Assembly (NCBI RefSeq): GCF_947568905.1
Contig: NC_079173.1
Span: 29,636,001 to 29,700,000 of the forward strand
DNA length: 64,000 nt
Direction of reading: 5' to 3'
DNA from: Ostrea edulis
Lineage: Eukaryota
Positions 12,701 through 24,800 of this stretch are shown in pieces; the first letter of the stretch is position 1, and the number at the start of each line of letters is the position of its first letter. The translations under genes and the position numbers were made by a program. Below the pieces are notes generated by a model. The model had not been told where the DNA came from and made no database searches. It saw nothing but the letters and a program-made list of their open reading frames with translations.

Positions 12701-15700
12701 CAATGTGACATTTAGATATATTGACATTTTATTTATTAGCAATAATAATTTTCGTTCATATGTTGATTCCATATATCCCTGTGAACTCGAAATAAAAGAC
12801 ACCTGCACAGAGTTAACTCGTTCACTTCTGCTTCATACTTTGATATTTTATTGAAAATAGATATTAAAGGGACTGGTTCACGATTTTTGATTAAAAATAT
12901 TTTTCATTTTTTATGGTAAACATTTAAAATATAATTCATTTAATATTGACAGCCAAAATTTTGACTTTCTGAATGCATGAATTAAAACAATATTTTAACC
13001 TTAAATCTGTGTTTTGTAAACGAAGTCTTTTTAATATGTATATAAACAGAGAAGTGAAATACTGATTTTGTAATATAAAGCATCTTAATTTTGCATAGTC
13101 ACAAATTCTAACTTTTAGATGACACATTTTGCCCCAAAACTGCTTGAAATGTGAAAGATATAATAAACTCAGATCGATATCCATTTCTTTTGAAAATTCC
13201 ATAAGCAATAACATACTGCAATCTTTGTTTACAAAACAAATAATTAACTCTCTAAAATGAGCTTCTGTGATAATTAATGTATATAACCTTAATTTTTATG
13301 TGAACGCTTTTAAACATTAGACAGTAGATTTTGATCACTAAAAGCGAAAAAGAAAATTTTGGGTAAAATTGTGAATCAGTAACGACAAACTAACAACTCA
13401 ACTTTATGATAAATGGGATGATTTCAGCTCCTCCATCGTCAACATCCCATATTTATGTAGCAATATTCCATTATCACCTGCATATGGTGTTTATATCTCT
13501 CAAAATGATTTGATACGCAATAACTTGTTCTGCGTATGGTCAGTTTTTAAATCTAAGCAGGCTACTGACAAACAAGTTGATTGTGTAGGGGTTTCAACAG
13601 TCTCATTTAAAGTCAGCATTTTGCAAAGTCTATGGTTGTTATAACAGTCTAGTTTGCCAATACAACCTATCATTGGGTCAAATACTGTCTGATGTGTTTC
13701 ATACTGACTGTTAGGCCGTTATCGGCACACTGATTTTGACTACAGATTACTCCATTTACCTGATCAAGATTTAGGGCTCACGGCGGGTGTGACCGGTCGA
13801 CAGGGGATGCTTTCTCCTCCTAGGCACCTGATCCCACCCCTGGTGTGTCCAGGGTTCTGTGTTTGCCCAACTCTCTATTTTGTATTATTTGTGGGAGTTA
13901 TGAGATTGATCACTGTTCGCTATCTTCACCTTTCATGTTAAACAATATTCAATAAATCCTACTTTTTAAGTTCATGAGGTAGATGAACTTATAGCTAATA
14001 CCATACCAGATTAACCCAAGGCAAGATAGCTTAATCGATCTGTACAGTTAAAATGATAAGAACAAAAGAATTATTTAAAAAAAGAATTGTTGAAATCTTT
14101 ATTGTAATTGTTTCTCCCAAATGGAAAATGGGGCAGCAGTACTGTAAATTCCTAATTATACCAAGGAATTTATTGTTGCATAATTTCACAAAATAAAATT
14201 CATTTTTGTCCCCCACCGCAACGCAGAAGGGGACATAGAAATACTGGTGTCCGTGCGTCCGTCCGTCCATCCCACTTCACTTTGTGGACGCAACTCCTCA
14301 GAAACCGCTCAATGGATTTTGTTCATATTTTGTAGGATTGTTAGTCACCATGTGTAGTTGATCATAGAATGCCGCCATTTTGATTCGACAATTTTTACAG
14401 GAGTTATGGAACTTTGTTGAATTTGTACAAGCTACACTATAGAAACACTTTGCGGATGCAACCTCTTCGAAACCCCTCAAGGGATTTTGTTCAAATTTTG
14501 TAGGATTGTTAGTCACCATATGTAGTTGATCATATTGCGCCATCATTTTGATTCGACAAATTTCACAGGAGTTACGGGACTTTTGTGCTTCAACTTTTTT
14601 TGCGGCGGTAGGGGACATGACTACGTGTAGCATTCTTGTTATTTTTGTATTGCTAAAGTACATGTAAAACTCTTGATCAGCAAAAGTTTCATGAATTTAT
14701 TATCTCGCAATTTTATGTGTAGGAGTCATTTCGCGATTTTAAGTACTCACGTAAAATAAGGAATCTTCAGTATATCAATTACCTGTCAATCAGACAATCA
14801 GTGGGTGGAGCATTTGCATCATGTCTAGATCACAGGTTCAAGCCCCACTCTAACCTTGACCTCATCAAAACCTAAGATGTAAAATTACATAAATAGTGAC
14901 TATATTCCTTCACTATCATCTAATCTAAGACTTAAATATCTGAAGTCTGCACTGTGAAACACTGACTGTAAAACTTTTATTTTTCAGGGTACTCGTCAGC
15001 TGTTGGCCACTTTGATAATGACAACATGGAAGGTAATAATGATAAACTCATTCACAGAACACAAGTGCTGCTATTATTGATAACATTTTAATCACATGTC
15101 TGCTTAGAAAGCTGCTTGTAAACAGTGCAATAATTGGATTGCTTGACATGCCATTTCAACTTTATTCTTTCAGATTATGTAGTTGGCATTCCCAGGGCGG
15201 AGAAACTTTTAGGAGTAGTACGTATATATATAAATGCATATTTATTTTATATCAAGATTCATTTCTTTCAAGGACTCAGAGTGTGCTTATAAATGTATAC
15301 AGTGTTTTGTTAGGTATAGGTTTTTAAAGTGCACTTGATTCATGAGCAGTTTATGCAGACCTTCAAGTGTTTTTAGTGCTTTGTACTGTATGTGAATAAT
15401 AGAATCAGATTAGAAATGCTGAGTGACTCAACATTTCGTAGACTTCTTAAAAATGTTAAAAGTTTACAGATTCTCCAATTCTAAAAGAATGTCAACAATT
15501 CAGGATGTTATATTTTGAAATGATACCATTGATGACCCTTCATCTAGGGGTATATGATATATATGTGTGTATTTTAAAATTAACTGCAGGCTAATTTCAC
15601 TTTATTGCTAGATTAATTGTAGTTTGGCATATTGATTATGGCATATATTGGGTTTATTAAATGAAAAAAAATTTGTTTTAGGTTCAACTTTACAATCAGA

Positions 15701-15788
15701 ATTTGCAACCTATAAAGAACATTACCGGCAAACAGGTAATAAGATATTAACATGTTAACTGAATATAACAATTAATAATTATACCCCC

Positions 15789-15828
<40 letters not shown>

Positions 15829-18800
15829 CTGTCCGTCTGTCTGTCTGTACGTCCGTCTGTCTGTGCAGATTCGTGTCTGGGCCATAACTTCTTTGTTCTT
15901 TGACATAGGCATACCATATTTGACACATGAGTGTATCACCATGAGACGATGTGTCGGGTACCTTCATGACCTCCATATGACCTTGACCTCAAGGTCAAAA
16001 TTAAAGGTTTTTACAATGGATTCGTGTCAGGGCCATGACTTCTTTGTTCTTTGACATAGGCATACCATATTTGACACAAGAGTGCATCACCATGAGATGA
16101 TGTGTTGGGTACCTTCATGACCTCTATATGACCTTGAACTTTGATCTCAAGGTCAAAAATTGATTATAGGGTCTTTACATAGTCATACCATAAGACATGG
16201 GTGTATCACCATGAGACTATGTGTCATGTACATTCATGACCTCTTTATGACCTTGACCTTTGATCTCAAGGTCAAAATTATAGGTTTATACCATGAATTT
16301 GTGTTCGGACTATATCTTCCATTTTCTTCTACAAAGGCATACCATATTTTTACACTAAGGAAAGAGGTAATTTATACCTATTAACAACACCCTTTGGGAG
16401 ATTGGGTTAAGCGGGGGATATTCTTAGTGAGCATTGCTCACAGTACCTCTTGTTAAGATATTAACATGTTATCGGAATATAACATGATATGAAGTAAACA
16501 AATAATTTAGAAGTAACAGATATTGATAGACTGATTTAAAAGCAATACTAAGTAAAATTGTGGCACTAAGTTAAATAAACAGCTGTAATATTGATTTAAC
16601 AAGTGATATTAAGTTTAGAGCTAACACTATGAATAGGTAATACTAACAGGTAATACTATGTAGCCGCGGGTCAGTCAGGTTCAATCACCAGTGACCAGAT
16701 AGCTCAGTTGATAGAGCACCTGACTAGAGATTCAGGGGGCCCTGAGTTCAAATTCTAATCTGGTCTGTTGCATATTTTCCCTTCCAGTTACATTTGATGC
16801 CATAGAACAGCCCCTGGAACTGACAAGTGAAAATGCCTGCTAGGGGATAAAGACCCTGGGTTGATGTTTTCAAGTGTTAAGATATTTAAGGAGGGAGAAA
16901 TGTTGCGGTTCAATTGCTAGTGGCCAGATAGCTCAGTTGGTAGAGCACCTGACTAGAGATTCAGGGGGCCCAGGTTCGAATCTTTGTCTGGTCTGTTGCA
17001 TTTTCTCCCTTCCAGTTACATTTGATGCTGTTAATCACCCCTGGAATTGCAGGTGAAAATCCTGCCAAGGGCAAACATAATCTGGGTTGTCTGTCTTCTA
17101 CGATGAAGACAATTTAAGGAGGGAGGAATGTGGCAATCAAACAGGTTCGATCGCCGGTGGCCAGATAGCTCAGTTGGTAGAGCACCTGACTGGAGATTCA
17201 GGAGGGCTGAGTCTGAATTCCAGTCTGGTCCATTGCATTTTCTCCTTCCCTGTTGCAACTGATTTAACAGATAATACTAAATGAAAATCACTGTATAATA
17301 CATATTGTAGAAACCCTTAACAGCTAAGGCTAAGCAAGGATGTGAGCTATAGACTACGTGGTAAATAAAATTATTGGTGCCTAATGGTATTTTCTGACAA
17401 TTTTTTGTTAAAGAAAACAATATTAACATATACCCGTAATGTTCCATGATTTAATATGACAAGAGAGATAACTCTTAACTCTAGATCCTAGTTAATGACT
17501 CTTCAGTAAAAGGAAGTACTTTGTGTGTAAGGAAGTTGACTTAGCTAATGGTGAATAAAGTGCAATGTGGAAAGTGTTTCTGATTTACTTAGTGACTCTA
17601 AGCAATGTTTAACATAGAATTAATGTTTTACAGATTGGAGCTTATTTTGGTTATGCAGTAGCAGTTGAAGACTTAAATGGTGACAAGTAAGAGTTTGAAT
17701 TAATCACATTAAATATATAGTGAAGACCCAGAAAATATGTCAACCAAAGATCTTTTCCAGTTTGTATAAATGTACCAATCATTCTTTTAATAATTATTTA
17801 CCTTTCACAAGGGAATACTGTAAATTCCTAAATATACGTGAGGAATTTATTATGATTTATCACATAATTTCGCGAGAAACATCACTCGTGAAAAACTATT
17901 TCTCGTTTTTGTTTTTATATTGCTGAAATACATACAAAAACACTTCATCAACAGAGCACTCGCGAATTTATTTTCTCATGATTTGACGTCCATGTGTCAT
18001 TTCGCGATAATAAGTACTCGCGTAAAATAAGGAATCTGCAGTAAATATTACGTACTTCACAATAAGCATGAATTCATTTCAAGCGTGTTCATTATAAGTG
18101 TGTTATAAGGGTCATTATTTTTTTCATCATGTCATTCAAGCAAAATTGATCAAGAGTTATAGCCCCTGCCTAGACTTTTTATACCTGTAAAATTCCTCCC
18201 GTTGCAACTAATTAGAGCAGAATAATAGACTGTCCTTGAATTCATTAGTATGAGTTATATTGTACAATATTCAAGTGAGGGGACAAAATTTGTAGTCTAG
18301 GACCACAGTCTTGGTTTTGAGTTGGACTTTTACATAACACATAATAAATGATGAAAAAGTGAAGATAATGAAAAGTGATCAATCTCATAACTTGTATAAG
18401 CAATACAAAATTAAGAGTTGGGCAAACACGGACCCCTGGATATACCATAGGTGGGATCAGGTGCCTACGAGGAGTAAGTATCCCCTGTCAACTTGTCACA
18501 TCTGCCGTGAGCCTTGTATCTTGATCATGTAAACAGAGCAATCTGTAGTCCAAATTAGTGTGCCAAGAATGGTTTAGCAATTTTTCTGAAACATATTAGA
18601 CAGCATTTGACCTAATGACAGGTTGTATTGGTAAAATAGATCATTATAACGACCATAGAATTTTACGAAATACAGACTTTTAACAAGACTGTTGAAACCC
18701 CTGTAACACCAACTTATTTGTCAGTAGCCTGCCTTGATTTAAAAACTGATCACAAGCAGACCAAAGCTCATGCGTATTGAATTCTAGTTGAGAGACATAA

Positions 18801-21800
18801 AAACCATATGCATGCAGGTTTTTTTTCTCTCACATTTTATACACAGTTTAGTGTATTGATGTGAAAGCTTTTAGAAACATTTGAACTTAAATGCAAAAAC
18901 TGATTAGGCAGTCAGAAAGAGCATCGATCTCATTAAAGCAACAAATTAATAAAATTTGTTTATACATTTCTTCTTGCTAAGTATGCAAATATTTTAAAGT
19001 TCTTCTATTAATATACTGCCGTGGTGGTCTAGAGGTAGAGCATTCACAGGCCCACATGCGAAAGGTCAGGGTTCGAATCCTGACCACGACAGACCTAAGT
19101 CGTTAAAATGGGTAGTGACAGTTCCATCGCCAAACGCTCGCCATCAGGTGTGAATGTCACGGGTCCTCGGAGACGACCTTAAAAACAGATGTTCCGTACT
19201 CACAGTAGGTGTGGCACACTAAAGAATCCTCACTGCTCAATGGCCGTAAGTGCTGAGCATAGGCCTAGATTTGAAACCCTTCACCGGTATTGGTAACGTC
19301 TCCATATGAGTAAAAAATTCTCGAGAGGGATTATTAAACAAGATACAGTCAATCAAACTTCTATTTATAGGCTTGATGACATCATCGTGGGTGCTCCTCT
19401 CCATTCAGACAAGGATTCCTCCTCTTACGACACGGGCAGAGTTTATATATATTATCAGGATGCTAGGGTAAGTTTTGATGTTGTGATCATGATGTCATAT
19501 AGACAGTATAAAGTGTCATCATTGCTTGTAATTCCTTATCATTCCTTTAAATGCCTCACAGAATCTTTTTGATAGACCAGCTTCACAGCTTCAATGCCCT
19601 GGTTGGCCCTTATGAATTTTCTAAAGAATTCAAACGTGGTAATTTTCACTCTTTGGCATATGATCAGAACATATGCATCATGAGGACAAATCTATAATTA
19701 TATGACGCAATTTTCATAGAAATTTGTACAATGTTAGAAAATATGTCACTATAGTTATTTTGTCAAATTTTCAGTCAAAATTGACAGAAACACTTAAAGA
19801 TACGATGTTTTTATTTTAAGTTTTGCGCATTTTATACAATATAAAGCAAGTGACGTCGCAATTTACACAACTGACACTTTATAAAATAGTGCAAACTGTT
19901 CCAAGCATAACTTACTTTCATTCCTTATTATTTGATTTAATAAATTGTGTTTGATATTATTTAAATGAATAATTCTAAAGAAAATACGAATTTTATATGA
20001 CATGAACTGATATTGCCATAGCAACAAAATGGAAACAGAACAACTAAACGTATTGTGATGTCATTTCTAGGATATGTCTTATAAGGCGACTAAATAATGG
20101 CAACTTGTGTTTATAAGATTTGTGTCTAAATATGGCATTTTTCCTGACGCTAACAAGCTTATTCTTAAAAAGTAGCTGCAAATTTATAAAGTTCTTGATT
20201 TTTACTAAAAATCAAGAACTTTATAAATTTGCAGCTACTTTTTAAGAATAAGCTTGACATGTTAGCTATAATGAAAAGTGGAGTCTCTACTCCATATTTC
20301 TGATTAAAACTTGTGACAAGCAGGCACCTGTTTGAACTGAAAACATAACTTTTTTATGGAGAAAGTAAAACTCCATTCTTTGTACAATTTAGCATTGTAA
20401 ACTTGTTTTCATTTTAAGTTTTACTAAGTGTGTATGTAAAGAATATTAAAACTTTTGTCGTAACAAATATTCAAGAAAAAGAAAATTAAAGCTTGTTGTT
20501 TTTTGAGAGGCATTGCATTTGTTGTGTGAGAGGTTTTGAATTTGTTGTGTAAGAAGTTTTGGATTTGTTGTGTGGGAGGCTTTGAATTTGCTATTGTATG
20601 TGATCAGGCTTTTAATTTTTATTTGAATTTGGGTGGAAACAATCAACAACAGTAATCAATACATAATGAATATATCTGAAATATCATTTACCTATAGCTG
20701 AAATATAATGTACCATTTATACCCAATGTTATTCATTTATAAAACAATTTGTCTCAGACTGATATACAATTTTTACTAATTAATTGCTGTGTTTTGATTA
20801 TCATTAGGGCGGTTTTAATTCAGAAGGATCAGACTTAGTAAGTAATCATCTAGTCAGGGATTTGGTATTAGAACTGCACCATCTAATATATTTCTTTTCA
20901 TGACTTGGAAGTAAAGGGACATAACCCTGTCTGGTGTTGGGATCTGTGAATAATTTTCTAGGATAAAAAAATATCAAACATGACAACTGCTATCTCTAAT
21001 TGGTTGCCACATCTTGACTTCATTTTAAGCATGTCAGTAGTTTTGTTAATACCGTCCAATGTAGTTAGTTTTTTTCTTTTTGGTATGCAATTTTATCATC
21101 ATCCATTTAGACAGAGTTTCAATATGTACAAATCAATATTGGTTTGAATAAAACACTTAATGTTATCCGACAAGAACAAATACAATCCTATATAAAATGG
21201 TGTGTGATTGAATTCTTAAAGTGTGAGGTAAATAATACCTGTCTGATGGTGTTTTTAGAAATCTGTGTTCTCTCTTTATCACAGGCAATTATATCACCCC
21301 TGGGTTCGAATTTACTATTAAAGAGTACTCTTTAGTAGTAAATTCGAACCCAAGCTATATAACTGCTTGTGCTCTACTTATAACACTTGCGATTGTACTC
21401 CTCCATACCATTCTTATTTACACATTCATCAAACCTAATCTTTTTAAAATGCCATATTATTTTGTATTCAAGTGATCCAGTGTCATGTTGCTTTTGATAT
21501 ACACCATCCATGCAGTAGAGATGTAAAACTTGATTATTGAAATATGGGTTTTAGTTGTGGTGACTGCACATTTTTAGAAAAGGCATACGTGATACTTTCT
21601 TTCCTTTGTAGTAAAGAAGGAAGTGAAGTTTTTACGACAAGACTTTATAGTGACATGCGTTCCCTCATAATGTACATCATTTGTATTTCGATCTGAAGAT
21701 AACTTAATTATAGTTAACTACAACATGATCACAGGAAAAGTTTGTTGCATAAACCATATCTGAAAGGGTTAAACTAATGCAACTTTTCCATGGCAGCATG

Positions 21801-24800
21801 GATAATGCTTGGTAACAGGGAGGAACACCCATAGAATCTTTAGATTCACTGGCACATTCCTTCCCATCTTTATGAGATATTAGCCCCAGGCTTTTCTCCT
21901 GTTATAATCCTGGTCATGGCACCAAATATAAGAGAAAAGAAGAAATATGACAGACCAGGATGTTTTAACCTGAGCTCCATGAATCTCTGGACAGGTGCTC
22001 TACCAATAAGCACTGACTGTTGAATCTGACTGCCACAGCCATACGTGCATTTATAGGACTTGTAGCTTCACCATCACAAGAATGACCCCATATATCTTTT
22101 ATTCAAAACTATATTACTGAATAGAGGATGAGAGTCAAGGTCAAGGTTTCTTATGTGTAAACAAAACATCATAGCATACAGTTACTTGTCATCAGTAATG
22201 CCTTGTAAATTTGTAATGAAAGGGGGTGGGTGTCCTAAATCTGCCACTTTAGTATTCATTTTGAGCTGACCTTGAGAAGGCACTGTTATCTGAAAAGTGT
22301 TGAATTGTTGAAAAGTACTGAATCATTGAAAAGTGTTGAATTATTGAAAAATGATGAATTGTTGAAAAGTGCTGAATCGCTGAAAAGTGTTGAATTATTG
22401 AAAAGTGCTGAATTGTTAAAAAGTGCTGAATTGTTGAAAAGTGTTGAATTAAAAGTGTTGAATTGTTGAAAAGTGTTGAATTAGAAAGTGCTGAATTGCT
22501 GAAAAGTGTTGAATTATTGAAAAGTGCTGAATTGTTGAAAAGTGCTGAATTGTTGAAAAGTGTTGAATTAGATCTACAGCTGTTACTTCTGCAGCCAGGT
22601 GTCTTGTTTATTTATGTCATCAGTAACCTAGTGACGTACACAATGGAGATCTCATGTTCGTATAGTCACAAAATTCTTACATTGTTCTCCTGTAAACAGT
22701 GCATCTGTGAATGAAAGCAAGACAGCGATTAGAAGCATTCAAAGTATAGCCTTATAAATATATGTTTTTAATGCATATACATGTATCTTTTAAAATATTT
22801 ATCGTAGTCCAGATTGCTCAAAGGGTTGTATATGTGTCCTCTGAACAATAATCCCAGTAGGAAGTACCTTGCTCATCAATTCTGAATAACTTTAGTCACA
22901 CCTCAGACTATTTGTTTCGTATACTAGATTATACAATAAATGGTCATTAGTTATTGGTTAGCTGAATATCACGGAGCGCATCTCGTGGGATTGTGAGGTT
23001 TTGTTTACTGTTGTCAGACTTTTTATTATGTTCATGTCACTTAATACTTAGGTTTATTAATTGTACAATTCTAGCTGTAATTTATGTCACTTAATACTTA
23101 GGTTTATTCATTGTTCAATTCTAGCTGTAATTTATGGATTATGATCTACCTGTATTAATGCAGAAGTTGATGTAAAGTTATTTTCCAGTTATATTTTAGT
23201 TATATTTTAGTTATATTCTAGTTGTAAGCTTTAATATCTATGAGGTGAATTTATGAAGGATTTGTGATGGTAAGAAAACTTCACAGCTTAGACTAACTAA
23301 ATCAGTAAGTGTAAACTGTCTTCATGATATGCCCTGATTGTCTATCAGTCCTATTATAAGATCAATCATAAAGGTGAAATCTTCGTGATATGCCCTGATT
23401 GTCTATCAGTCCTGTTATAAGATCAATCATGAAGGTGAAATCTTCGTGATATGCCCCGATTGTCTATCAGTCATGTTATAAGATCAATCATGAAGGTGAA
23501 ATCTTCGTGATATGCCCTGATTGTCTATCAGTCGTGTTATAAGATCAATCATGAAGGTAAAATCTTCCCATTTCTGTTCATTTTAGGAATATTTCTAGTT
23601 GTCTTTATAAGGATGATACATTGATAGTGTAAACCATTTTCACTGAATTAGCAACATTTGATTTGGTGCAGTGCTGCATTGGCATGGAATCGAGAACTGT
23701 GTTGAACATAACTTTGATAGGAAATAATGTCATATCTGAATGGAAATGCATTGTTCTTACAATGAATTATGATATTTTAGTGTTTTGAAATGTATAAATG
23801 TAGAGCAATGTTTTAATGCCTCAATTGTCCCACCTTATTGATTCTGATGTTAGTAGTGTTTTACACATATGGAAGGGATGAGTGATTCTGTAATTTATGA
23901 CATACATTTAAAAAAAAATCAGTATAGTCAACATTAAAAGAAAATGTGATACCAAAACAAATAAAACATACCACAGATTTACCAGTATAATTTGTATCGA
24001 TCGAAAAATTAATTTTGTTAAACAAAATGTGAAATTTATGAAAATATCTATCCAGTTGAAATATATTCTAAATTTTCAAGACCAACTATGAAATTCTAAC
24101 CTGAGTTTTGCGGTATTGTCATTTTTGTTTTGGAAGCATTATCTTTAATTTCTACATTAAAGGGGGATTCTAAATTACAATAAAAAACAGGGGTCATAGT
24201 TCTTATTATTGAGCTACTAGTATGTACTGTACTGTGTGTTAAACTTGACCATTTTCTTCTACAAATTTACTTGTGATTTATTCACATAAACTAGCTTAAT
24301 TACTTAGTAATATATTAGTACATGTACATGCATGTATGTCTGTTGGTGTCAACACATCATAAGCAGTACAATTCAATCATTACTTAAAATTAATATACAA
24401 TCATGTCATCAAACAATATAGATCCATATATAAAATATTAATGTAGTGGAATGGAAATAAAATAAGTTGGAAGTTTAGAAAGTGATCGAGGGATATATAG
24501 ATTACATTTTAAATTAAATTGGCCAAAAAGCTAAAATTTTCATACAAAATTTCGAGTTAATTAAAATAAAGGTTTTCAAGAATTGGTGTTCTCTTTGGGA
24601 AAATATATTGACCAAATTAATTAATTTACAACATTTTAATCGGTGAAATGGTTAATGCAATACCTAGAATTTTCTAAGACTACATAATATGATACTAATT
24701 CTTTGTAAAAATTTTGTCATTATAGTCTCTAAAAAGCTTTTAAAAGTGTTGGTAGCAAAATTTATATAAAAGTCTCTTTTCTGTAGTGACTTCAAATCTT

